From: a virus
Taxonomy: Duplodnaviria > Caudoviricetes
Strand: one strand, 5' to 3'
Length of the DNA stretch: 64,000 bases
IMG/VR virus record: IMGVR_UViG_2788500332_000006
Coordinates: 1-64,000 of that record
Positions 52,314 to 60,765 of this stretch are shown here, piece after piece (position 1 is the stretch's first letter; every line of letters begins with the position of its first letter). Position numbers and translations under genes: made by a program. Under the pieces are notes generated by a model. It made no database searches. It worked only from the letters and a program-made list of their open reading frames with translations, and was not told where the DNA came from.

Positions 52314-54184
52314 TCTGTCGCCTCGATTCTCTGTGGGGTATCGACCGACAGGGCAACGGTCAGAGGCTGCACCCAGATTGGATCGCTCGACAGCATGAAG
52401 GTCTCGCCGGCCCAGGCGAGCAGCAACGTGCGCCCCATGACACCGGCCACCGCAGCGGCGGCATCCGGCGGCACGGCGTTGCCAATCCGCTCGCGCCAGG
52501 CACTGTCTGACGTTCCGTCCATCTCGAAGCCGAACCACTCGTCCGGATCGAACAGGCTTTGCAGGGCGGCGAGCTCCAGCGTCGTGAACGGCCGGTGCCA
52601 AGTCCCATCGAGCGCACGGATGACGGCGACGAGCTTGTCATTCTCGGCCGGCAGGCCGGCGCCCGGGCCGCCCTGCAAAAGCTCGCCGGGCATGTCCCGG
52701 GGATCAGCGACGCTCCAGGGGCCGTTGTTGTTCTTGGCGAAGGCCGGCACCGCGCCGCTGTGACGGCCCCAGGGCACGACGCCGTAGTGACCCTGCGTCG
52801 AATAGCCGTCCCGGTGCTCGCCGTTGAGCGCCTTCGGCCGAGGATCGGCCACCGCGAAGGCGCCCTGGCCGGTCGTGCTGGCGCCGATGACGCTGCCGGA
52901 CGGCTCGCCAAAGGCCACCACCTTGTACTTGCCGCTGCCCTCGCGGCCGGCCGGAGCCCTTGGGTCGGCCACGCAAAGCCCGCCGCCGCTTGGGTGCGTG
53001 CCGCCGGTCACCGTCTTCCCGGTATCGCCCCAGTCGTGCACATGCAGGATGTTGTGGTGGGTGGCGGGACCGAAGCCCGTCCTCGGGTCGGCTACGGCAA
53101 AGCCGCCCTGCCCGGGCGACTTGACGTTGATGACGGCACCCATCGTCTCGCCCCAGCCACGAACGCCATACTGCCCGTATTCGCCAGCGCCGGCGGGCGC
53201 GCGGGGATCGGCGACGCTGAAGGCCCCGTTGGTCGGGCCGTTTCTGCTGGCGATCACGCCGGAGCTGTCTTCCCACCGGTTCACGCCAAGCACGCCGGCG
53301 CGCCATTGCTCGTCCGGAGCGATGCCGAAGTCCGCCAGCACGCCGCCCTCGACCTTGAGCTTGTTGAGCGAGCGCCAGTCCGAGCCGGCCTCGACGAAGG
53401 CGAGACGGACCCACGTCTTCCAGTGCAGCGCCGGCATCCGGTGCATCGGGCCGGCCCGATCGTCGCCAGGCATCGGCAGCCGATCGAGGATTTCGCCGAC
53501 ACCGCGCAGCCGCCGCTTCGGCGGTTCGTACAGGAACGGCGGCACCTTCTCGCGATGCCGCGCCACCATCAGGAAGCGCTTGCGGCTCTGGCCCAGCCCA
53601 CCGAGTTCGCCGCAGTCGTGCGTCGTCTCCGCATAGGCATAGCCGTAGTCTTCAAAGAGAGCCTGGATCGCTCGCAGCAGCGGTCGGCCACGATTGGCGA
53701 TGCGCGGCACGTTCTCGAAGAGGAAGAATTCGGCCGGGTCATCCTTGTTGGATTCTAGCGCCAGCCAGACCGCCCGAAGCGTCAGGCCGTTCAGCGCCTG
53801 ATACTTCGCCGAGGCCGAGGCCTTTTCGGACAGCAAGCCGGAGAAGCCCTTGCACGGCGCCGACACGAACCAGATGTGCGGCCGCTCGTAGCCCATGGCG
53901 GCCCGGATGTCGTCCGGCGTCGCCTCGCGCCAGCCGGGCGGCGGCTCGTGGCCGTGGAACGCCCGATACTGTTCCAGCGACATCAGGTCGAGTAGCGTCC
54001 CCTTGACGCCGGCGAACCGCTCGAAGTCCCGGACACCGGCTGGGTCGACGTCGACGCCGCCGATGTTGCGGAACTTGGCGACCAGGTTTCCGACCCGCGC
54101 ATTGCCCTTGCGGAAGCCCTTGGCACCAAAGCCAGAGCCGCAGCAAAGATGTCCGACGCGGACTTCTTTGACGATATCGTTCAC
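52310..54184 (-). CDS. C5-cytosine DNA methyltransferase with internal VADPR repeats
   Basis: CGSGFG, SAPCKGFS, FENVP, QSRKR, IGNAVPP. Confidence 0.92.
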   Translation of the reverse strand: MNDIVKEVRVGHLCCGSGFGAKGFRKGNARVGNLVAKFRNIGGVDVDPAGVRDFERFAGVKGTLLDLMSLEQYRAFHGHEPPPGWREATPDDIRAAMGYERPHIWFVSAPCKGFSGLLSEKASASAKYQALNGLTLRAVWLALESNKDDPAEFFLFENVPRIANRGRPLLRAIQALFEDYGYAYAETTHDCGELGGLGQSRKRFLMVARHREKVPPFLYEPPKRRLRGVGEILDRLPMPGDDRAGPMHRMPALHWKTWVRLAFVEAGSDWRSLNKLKVEGGVLADFGIAPDEQWRAGVLGVNRWEDSSGVIASRNGPTNGAFSVADPRAPAGAGEYGQYGVRGWGETMGAVINVKSPGQGGFAVADPRTGFGPATHHNILHVHDWGDTGKTVTGGTHPSGGGLCVADPRAPAGREGSGKYKVVAFGEPSGSVIGASTTGQGAFAVADPRPKALNGEHRDGYSTQGHYGVVPWGRHSGAVPAFAKNNNGPWSVADPRDMPGELLQGGPGAGLPAENDKLVAVIRALDGTWHRPFTTLELAALQSLFDPDEWFGFEMDGTSDSAWRERIGNAVPPDAAAAVAGVMGRTLLLAWAGETFMLSSDPIWVQPLTVALSVDTPQRIEATE

Positions 54185-54762
54185 AGAAATGAGTCCTGCT
54201 GGTAGGAGCGCCCCTTGTCGAAAGCGTAGGAGGGCTCGTGCATGATCCGGAGCGCGTCGAGCATGCAGAGCGCTTCGGCTTCGTCCTCGGTGTTGTAGGA
54301 CCAGCCGTTTCGGTCGCAGTAGGCTTTGGCCTGCTGCTTCAGCCACTTGGACTTTTCTGGCTGCTTGGTAAGGTCCTTCGGCGCGCGGGTCTTGCCGTGC
54401 GTCTTCGACCTCCAGGTGGAGATGGCGAGCAGTTCCGGCTCCCGGAGCCCCATGACATGGCAGATGGTCTGCGCGTGCGTCGGCCAGCCGGAAGAGAACA
54501 TGACCTGCTGCGCGTCGATCGCCGGTTTTCCCGGCTCACCGTGGTCGACGATGGTCATAAGCTCGATTCCGACCAGCGGGTCAGGCAGGCTGTTGAGCAC
54601 CCGTCGGAAATAGGAGCTGAACTCGGCATAGGCGGCGCCGGCCGGCTGCTGCGTGAACTTCCACGTGCCATGCCGTAGGTTGCCGCCGCCGGCGAGGCAG
54701 TAGGCGAAGCCCATTGTCCTGCCTGGGTCGAAGACGAAGTAGGAGCCGGGGGCGGAGCTCAT
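54181..54762 (-). CDS. RuvC-like (RNase H fold) nuclease/resolvase
   Basis: FDPG..MGFA, GIE, W.SK, DEAEAL. Confidence 0.7.
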   Translation of the reverse strand: MSSAPGSYFVFDPGRTMGFAYCLAGGGNLRHGTWKFTQQPAGAAYAEFSSYFRRVLNSLPDPLVGIELMTIVDHGEPGKPAIDAQQVMFSSGWPTHAQTICHVMGLREPELLAISTWRSKTHGKTRAPKDLTKQPEKSKWLKQQAKAYCDRNGWSYNTEDEAEALCMLDALRIMHEPSYAFDKGRSYQQDSFL

Positions 54763-55340
54763 GCTGGCACCCCAGCTTGAAACTTTTCCAGCTCATTCCC
54801 GAAGGAGTGCCAACCGCTGCGCCGCTCCCGCGCAAAGACGTCACATCGGCGCGCTTGCGGCATAACCTTATCGCAGAGAGCGTAAAACTCGTCTGGCTTG
54901 CGGCTATGTTCCCTTGCCAAGCCGTCGAAAATAGTCTGCGGAACATAGGACTGCTTCGGATTGCCAAGCGTGGCGACAACAACCGCTTCGCCAGTTGTCC
55001 GAACCCGATAGCCGGTTCCCATCCTGACCCTGCCGGTGGCGGTCACCTTCCTCCAGACCAGCACGGACTTATAAGTGAAGCCCCAAGCTTTCACGCAGCG
55101 GATAGCCAAGTCGAGCTGGGGTGCCGTTGCCCAACAATAGAGAAGGCAATTCATTGACGCCAATTGCCCTACTGGAAGAGCAGTGACCTGGGCATCAGTC
55201 ATGAGGTCGTACTTGGAAAGAGCTGACTTCTTCGCCCCCTCCGCGCTGTAGAGATCGAATCCCCATGGGGGATCAATTACGATCAACTCGTAGAAAAGCG
55301 GGATTAGCGGTGCAAAGAACCACTCCGCCATGACGGACAC
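54759..55340 (-). CDS. MT-A70 family methyltransferase
   Basis: IDPPW, L..WAT, AWGF.YK, MGTGY, REHSRKPDEFY. Confidence 0.92.
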   Translation of the reverse strand: MSVMAEWFFAPLIPLFYELIVIDPPWGFDLYSAEGAKKSALSKYDLMTDAQVTALPVGQLASMNCLLYCWATAPQLDLAIRCVKAWGFTYKSVLVWRKVTATGRVRMGTGYRVRTTGEAVVVATLGNPKQSYVPQTIFDGLAREHSRKPDEFYALCDKVMPQARRCDVFARERRSGWHSFGNELEKFQAGVPA

Positions 55341-55387
55341 CGAACCTTGGAATTGACGATGAGGGAGGCGCCCGCCAGTGGCGAGCG

Positions 55388-55789
55388 CTAGATCCTGTCG
55401 ATGCCGAGGGCTTTCGCGAGGCCGCGTTCCATCTTCTGGAGCGCCTTGTTGATCCTGAGATCCATGTTGATGAACCTGAACAGAAGCGGCTCACCAACCT
55501 CCGGAAACCGGACCATCCGCACGAACTGCTTGTAGGACATGGAGCCCTTGGCAACGTTGCACCGCTCACAGGCGGCGACGATGTTCTTCCGCTGGTTCGA
55601 CCCGCCCAGCGCCCGAGGATCGACGTGGTCTCGCGTGACCGTGTGGATGGTCAGTTTGGTCCGGCAGTAGTGGCACCGGCCGTGCTCCTTGCGGAGCGCA
55701 TCTTCCCTGTCCGCACGGTCGAACGCTCGATCCAGCTTGCGCTGCTGGTGCGGGGTCAGGCCGAAGCGGTCTCCCCTTCGGCGCCCCAT
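55388..55789 (-). CDS. HNH endonuclease
   Basis: CHYC...TRDHVDP..LGGSN..NIVAACERCN..KG. Confidence 0.9.
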   Translation of the reverse strand: MGRRRGDRFGLTPHQQRKLDRAFDRADREDALRKEHGRCHYCRTKLTIHTVTRDHVDPRALGGSNQRKNIVAACERCNVAKGSMSYKQFVRMVRFPEVGEPLLFRFINMDLRINKALQKMERGLAKALGIDRI

Positions 55790-55792
55790 GGA

Positions 55793-56131
55793 TCACGCGG
55801 TCGGAAGCGGCGAGGCCTTCGAGAGGATGTCGTTGAGGTCGCCGAGCGTATCGAGGATGACGATGCGCACAGGGCTACACGCCTTCAGCGGCTCACCCAC
55901 AAACGCCGCCTCGCCGACATAGGCCGCGGCGGCGTCCGACGGTTGCTCTCCAGCGGCCCGGATCGCGCTCTCTCCCCACCAGGCCTCGGTCTGCCGGCCG
56001 TCACCGGCACGATAGCGCACGAGGTAATTATTCTCCGTGGTGGTGTACTCGGCACGGCCGATGACCTCGCCGGTCTCAGGACTGTGGGTCAAGGCCACAA
56101 TGGCGCCGAGCTTGAACTTGAAATTGCTCAT
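55793..56131 (-). CDS. Hypothetical phage protein
   Basis: FKF.LG..V...S.E.G.VIGRAEY...N.YL.RY.A.DGR..E.WW.E; GGAG RBS. Confidence 0.75.
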   Translation of the reverse strand: MSNFKFKLGAIVALTHSPETGEVIGRAEYTTTENNYLVRYRAGDGRQTEAWWGESAIRAAGEQPSDAAAAYVGEAAFVGEPLKACSPVRIVILDTLGDLNDILSKASPLPTA

Positions 56132-56180
56132 GATTGTCTCCGTTGGTCGCATGCTTGCGGGTGTTCGCCGATGTCGGCGG

Positions 56181-56660
56181 TCAGTTGCCGGCGCCTTCCA
56201 TGGCGCTCGACAATTCCTTGTTCACGAAGGCCGTGCCCTCGTTGTAGCCCTCCTGCCAGCGCTGGAACTGCGAGGAGCCCGGCTGGTAGGGGTTCACGTT
56301 CTGCTTCCGCAGGCTGCCGGCGGCCTTGCCCTGCTCGAAAGCCTTGTCGTCCTGAGGCGCGCGATCGTCGATAAGCTCGAGCTGGCGGCCGAGCGCGTGA
56401 CCGAACAGCTTGGCGATGCGGATCTTCCGCTCGAACTCGGCGATGACCTTGCCGGAGTCCTTGTCCTCAAGCGACAGCGCGAACTCGACGTCCTTCTTGG
56501 TCCAGCCGAGATCCTTGAGACGCTTGTAGGTCGCGCCCATGTCGCCCTTGGTGCCGGCCATGGTCGACGTCAGCTCTTTGATCTCGGTGAACCCGCGGAG
56601 GAACTGCTGGTCCTCGTAGATCTCCTGCTCAGTCTTTTCGTTGTGATCCCTGCCCATCAT
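56181..56660 (-). CDS. Hypothetical protein: GapR-like N-terminus, RMF-like C-terminal motif
   Basis: G.NHN-type start, YKRLK..G; AF.QG.AAG....NPY......W.EGY. Confidence 0.55.
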   Translation of the reverse strand: MMGRDHNEKTEQEIYEDQQFLRGFTEIKELTSTMAGTKGDMGATYKRLKDLGWTKKDVEFALSLEDKDSGKVIAEFERKIRIAKLFGHALGRQLELIDDRAPQDDKAFEQGKAAGSLRKQNVNPYQPGSSQFQRWQEGYNEGTAFVNKELSSAMEGAGN

Positions 56661-56829
56661 CGCCATCCCTCTTTTCGTCAGCCGCTTCGGCCATCTGCGC
56701 AACGAGGTTCGAAACTGTCTGCCGGCTGACCCCGAATGATCGGGCGATATCGGCGTGGCTCATTCTCTCGTCCAACATGGACCGAAGCCGCTTTAGCTGT
56801 GACCCAGACCACTCAATCTTCGCCGTCAT
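56629..56829 (-). CDS. Small HTH protein (GcrA N-terminus-like)
   Basis: W....L..LR.M....MS..DIA..FGVSR.TV. Confidence 0.7.
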   Translation of the reverse strand: MTAKIEWSGSQLKRLRSMLDERMSHADIARSFGVSRQTVSNLVAQMAEAADEKRDGDDGQGSQRKD

Positions 56830-56919
56830 TCGGTGAAGCCTTACAGTAGAGACGCCGTGAACCGACAGTCTCCAGAACGTAACGTGTAGGGAGTTGTCAA
56901 CATGACCAAAGAAAAACCG

Positions 56920-57180
56920 TTACGAGGCGGTCTCAAGACACGCCTTCGCCAGCCATTCCAGAGAAATGCCTCGAACTCGCTTCTTGCGCGATGCCGCAAC
57001 TACAGCAGGCCAATGCTCCATCGGGATACACCCGCGCTCCCGCCATTTCCTGGCGGTTTGGTATTTGACGCCAACCGCTCGGGCGAATTCGGCCACAGCT
57101 CCCCACAAGCCGTCAGGCCCCCAAGCCCACCTGTCGATGAGTTCGGGAATGGAGGTAGGACATGATTGCTTCGCGCTCAT
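56920..57180 (-). CDS. Cro-like repressor
   Basis: FARAVGVKYQTARKWRERGCIP.EHW; divergent from cI. Confidence 0.8.
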   Translation of the reverse strand: MSAKQSCPTSIPELIDRWAWGPDGLWGAVAEFARAVGVKYQTARKWRERGCIPMEHWPAVVAASRKKRVRGISLEWLAKACLETAS

Positions 57181-57187
57181 GCGCCAG

Positions 57188-57241
57188 TTTGTACACTGCG
57201 TATAAATCCGCCGCAACCCCTCTTCCTACGCCGCGTACTAA
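57188..57241. promoter_or_regulatory. OR-like region with two operators and divergent cro/cI promoters
   Basis: TTTGTAC-ACTGC-GTATAAA (57188-57206) and TTCCTAC-GCCGC-GTACTAA (57223-57241). Confidence 0.75.
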
Positions 57242-57263
57242 ATATTTGATCCATAATCGGCGT

Positions 57264-57899
57264 ATGAAAAATGTTATCGACGAGAGAACCCGTCTCGAGC
57301 GGGCGCGCCGCCTCAAGGAGGCGCGGATCAAGGCCTATGGCGATAATCTCAGCGAGATGTACCGGCAGGTCCGATTGCCGGTAACCCAGAGCGCTTATAC
57401 CCATCACGAGAGCGGTCGGCGCGCCTATGACTACGACCTGGCGCTCGCTTACGCGGATCTCTTTGGAGTGACCGCCGAGCACCTTTACAACGGGCCTGAC
57501 GCAACGAACGGACATGGGATTCAGATCCCCGTCGTATCCATGGTCACCGCCGGCATGCTGCAATTCCGCGAAGGCGTCGAAAAGAAGGACGTCATCCGGA
57601 CCATAACCCTCAGTGGACTCCCCGACGGGGAATGGATCGGGCTGATCGTCGACGGCGATTCCATGAATCGGATCGCGCCGCCTAACTCCATCATCGCGGT
57701 GAACAGACGCGACAAGACGCTGCTGAATGACAAATTCTACGTCTTCGTCAATAGCTTAAGCGAATCCACGTTCAAAAAGTTTAGAAAAAGCCCGCCCCGG
57801 ATGACGCCCTACTCGACGAATCCTGACCATATGTCGATTCCTATGTCGGACGATATGCAGGTCTTCGGGCGAGTCAAAGTCGTCATCACAGAACTCTAG
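57264..57899 (+). CDS. cI: CI-like repressor (HTH + S24 peptidase)
   Basis: RLKEAR..., Y..HESG.R, FGV..E.L; V.GDSM and FKK catalytic motifs; AG cleavage site. Confidence 0.9.
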   Translation: MKNVIDERTRLERARRLKEARIKAYGDNLSEMYRQVRLPVTQSAYTHHESGRRAYDYDLALAYADLFGVTAEHLYNGPDATNGHGIQIPVVSMVTAGMLQFREGVEKKDVIRTITLSGLPDGEWIGLIVDGDSMNRIAPPNSIIAVNRRDKTLLNDKFYVFVNSLSESTFKKFRKSPPRMTPYSTNPDHMSIPMSDDMQVFGRVKVVITEL

Positions 57900-58220
57900 G
57901 ATTCAGAGAGGGAATCCTTCCTCATGCTCGGTGGTGAGCCCTGAGCCCGGACATAGGAGGACTAAGCCCTGTGCCCGAGAGCATCCAGGGTTAGCCCCTA
58001 TGCCGGATGACATGCTCGGCGGAGCCGCCCGTCACCCATCCCCGACGTTCGACACCAGCGACGTCAGTTGTCCGCACTTTTTCGTCGCCTCTGGCAAGGC
58101 CACGGCAGGAACCCCTTCGGACTTTCGGAGTGGGGCTTCTATCTTCCTGCGCCCGATGGTATAGAAAAGACCTCTGCAAAGAGGTGAGAGCGCCACCGTC
58201 TCTACCGACCGCTCTCTTCC

Positions 58221-58250
58221 AAAGCCCCAGGTTCCCGCCTGGGGCTTTTC
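58221..58250. terminator. Bidirectional intrinsic terminator-like hairpin
   Basis: AAAGCCCCAGG/CCTGGGGCTTTT. Confidence 0.7.
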
Positions 58251-58277
58251 GCTTCTACGCCCTCCGTCGATCGCCCG

Positions 58278-58330
58278 TCAATACGCAGTGTACGAATCCG
58301 CTTGACGCTGATTTGTACACAGCGTACTAA
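58278..58330 (+). promoter_or_regulatory. OL/PL-like promoter (TTGACG-17-TACTAA) with two operators
   Basis: TCAATAC-GCAGT-GTACGAA (58278-58296) and TTTGTAC-ACAGC-GTACTAA (58312-58330). Confidence 0.8.
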
Positions 58331-58349
58331 TCGCGTCACGGAGGCACCG

Positions 58350-58517
58350 ATGACCGCTTCGACCCGCACCACCAAGCAGGAAGCGACATCGCAGAACCAA
58401 ACCCGCGAAGCGCTCGACGCTTGGCGGCGAGGTGACCGCCTCTCTGACGAACAGCAGGACGCCGTGACGTGGGCCTTGTGCTCATGTCTTGCCCGCGCCC
58501 TCGGCTATCAGACCTGA
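58350..58517 (+). CDS. Small hypothetical protein, first gene of the PL-like operon
   Basis: GGAGG RBS. Confidence 0.7.
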   Translation: MTASTRTTKQEATSQNQTREALDAWRRGDRLSDEQQDAVTWALCSCLARALGYQT

Positions 58518-58550
58518 ACCAACCAGAGGGCGGCCTTTGGCCGTGCAGCC

Positions 58551-59858
58551 ATGCACATCGTCCGGCTCAATGCCGAGAACATCAAACGTTTGTCCGCAGT
58601 GGAGATCGCCCCCAACGGCAATCTCGTCGAGATCACCGGCAAGAACGGCCAAGGCAAGACCTCCGTGCTCGACGCCATTTATTGGGCGCTGGCCGGCACC
58701 AAGCCGATCCAGGGCAAGCCCGTGCGCGACGGCGCCGACACCGGCTCAGTGACGCTCGACCTTGGCGAATACGTCGTGACCCGCAAATTCCGGGTTCGCG
58801 ACGACGGCGAGTACACGACGTCGCTCACCGTCGCCAACAAGGACGGCGCCAAGTACAGCGACCCGCAGAAGCTGCTCAACGCCCTGGTTGGCGATCTCAC
58901 TTTCGACCCCCTGGACTTCTCGCGGATGAAGCCGCTCGACCAGGTCATCGCGTTGCGCGCTCTGGTGCCCGACTACGATTTCGTGGAAGCCGATCGCCTC
59001 AGCTTGAAGGACTTCAATGCCCGAACGGAAGTTAACCGCGATATCCGCGACCTTCAGGCCCGCGTCGAAGCGATCATCGTTCCGGACGGCACCCCCGACG
59101 AGCGCGTCGACCTCGCGGCGCTGATGGAGGAGCTGCAGAAGGATCTCGAGGCCAACGAGGCGGCCCGCCGCCATGCCGAGAAGGTCAATTCACACACGGC
59201 GGCCATCGCCACTCTCGAGGAAGAGATCCAGCGCGGACGATCCGATATCGCCCGCTTGCAGGCGGAAATCGCCAACATCGAGAAAAATATCGCCGCACGG
59301 GAGCTCGGCATCGAGGAACACCGCGATCTTATCGACGACCTCGGCTTGGCTCCGGCTCAGATCGACACCGCCGACGTGCGCCAGAGGATCGCCGAATCCG
59401 AGACGATCAATCGGAACGTCGAACTGAAGAAGCAGCGGCGGAAGCTGAACGCCGAGCTTCGCGACAAGACCGAGGAAAGCGCCAACCTGACCGGCAGCAT
59501 CGCCGTCCGCAAGGCCGCGGCCGCCAAAGCGGTGCGCGACGCGGATCTCCCGGTGGAGGGGCTGGAGCTCACCGAGGATGGCGTTCTGCTCAACGGCGTG
59601 CCGTTCGATCAGGCCAGCGATGCCGAACAGCTCCGCGTCTCGATCGCCGTCGCCGGCGCCATGAACCCGCGCCTTCGCGTCATCCGCGTGCGCGACGGCT
59701 CGCTTCTGGACGACGACTCCATGGCCGCCCTCGCCAGCTATGCCGAGGCCAACGGGCTCCAGGTGTGGGTCGAGACGGTCCAGTCCGGCCGGGAGGCCGC
59801 CATCGTCATCGAAGACGGGCACGTCGCCAAGCGAGAGGAGGCAGGCTCAGATGCTTGA
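58551..59858 (+). CDS. SMC/Rad50-like coiled-coil ABC ATPase
   Basis: ENIKRL, GKNGQGKTSVLDAI, long coiled coil, ASDAEQ signature, RDGSLLD, QVW.E.V. Confidence 0.88.
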   Translation: MHIVRLNAENIKRLSAVEIAPNGNLVEITGKNGQGKTSVLDAIYWALAGTKPIQGKPVRDGADTGSVTLDLGEYVVTRKFRVRDDGEYTTSLTVANKDGAKYSDPQKLLNALVGDLTFDPLDFSRMKPLDQVIALRALVPDYDFVEADRLSLKDFNARTEVNRDIRDLQARVEAIIVPDGTPDERVDLAALMEELQKDLEANEAARRHAEKVNSHTAAIATLEEEIQRGRSDIARLQAEIANIEKNIAARELGIEEHRDLIDDLGLAPAQIDTADVRQRIAESETINRNVELKKQRRKLNAELRDKTEESANLTGSIAVRKAAAAKAVRDADLPVEGLELTEDGVLLNGVPFDQASDAEQLRVSIAVAGAMNPRLRVIRVRDGSLLDDDSMAALASYAEANGLQVWVETVQSGREAAIVIEDGHVAKREEAGSDA

Positions 59859-60765
59859 GGCGTTCATCACCCGCAACTTCTCCGGCTCGTCCCTCGAAAT
59901 CATCGATCACGCCAACCGGATCATCGCCGACTACCAGCGCCAGGGCTTCTCGCTCACGCTCCGCCAGCTCTACTACCAGTTTGTGAGCCGCGACCTTATC
60001 GCGAACAAGCTGAGAGAATACAAGCGCCTCGGCTCCATCATCAACGATGGTCGCCTCGCCGGCCTGATCGATTGGGAAGCGATCGAGGACAGGACGCGGA
60101 ATGTCCGCAAGCCCAACGTCTGGGAGAACCCCTCCGAGATCATCGACGCGATTGCCGAGCAATACAAAGAGGACCTTTGGGCGGACCAGCAATATAGGCC
60201 GGAGGTCTGGATCGAGAAGGACGCCCTGATCGGCGTCATAGAACCGGTCTGCAAGAGGTTCCGCGTTCCCTACTTCGCCTGCCGTGGCTACTCGTCTCAG
60301 TCTGAACAGTATGCCGCCGGCTGTCGGTTCCGCGATCTCTTGAACAACGGGGCGACGCCTATCGTCCTGCACCTCGGCGACCACGACCCGAGCGGCATCG
60401 ACATGACGCGCGATAACGAGGATCGCCTCACTCTGTTTGCTGGCGAGAGCGTCGAGGTCCGCAGGCTGGCCCTGAATTGGGAGCAGATCCAGGCGCACTC
60501 GCCGCCTCCGAACCCGGCCAAGGAAACCGACAGCAGATCCGGCAACTACATCGAGCAGTTTGGTGGCTCGTCTTGGGAACTTGATGCGCTCGAGCCGAAG
60601 ATTATCGACCGGATCATCTCCGAAGAGCTTGAGGGGCTGATCGATCAGGAGGCCTGGGAAGAGGCCAAACGGCGAGAATCCGAGGCCAAGGAAGTTCTCG
60701 GCGATATCTCGACCAGCTTCGACGACGTTGTTTCTTTCCTGCGCGGACACGAGGAAACCGAATAA
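59851..60765 (+). CDS. Topo VI-A/Spo11/JetD-like TOPRIM protein
   Basis: TLRQLYYQ winged helix, VWIEKDAL, RGYSS, LGDHDPSG, WELDAL. Confidence 0.82.
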   Translation: MLEAFITRNFSGSSLEIIDHANRIIADYQRQGFSLTLRQLYYQFVSRDLIANKLREYKRLGSIINDGRLAGLIDWEAIEDRTRNVRKPNVWENPSEIIDAIAEQYKEDLWADQQYRPEVWIEKDALIGVIEPVCKRFRVPYFACRGYSSQSEQYAAGCRFRDLLNNGATPIVLHLGDHDPSGIDMTRDNEDRLTLFAGESVEVRRLALNWEQIQAHSPPPNPAKETDSRSGNYIEQFGGSSWELDALEPKIIDRIISEELEGLIDQEAWEEAKRRESEAKEVLGDISTSFDDVVSFLRGHEETE

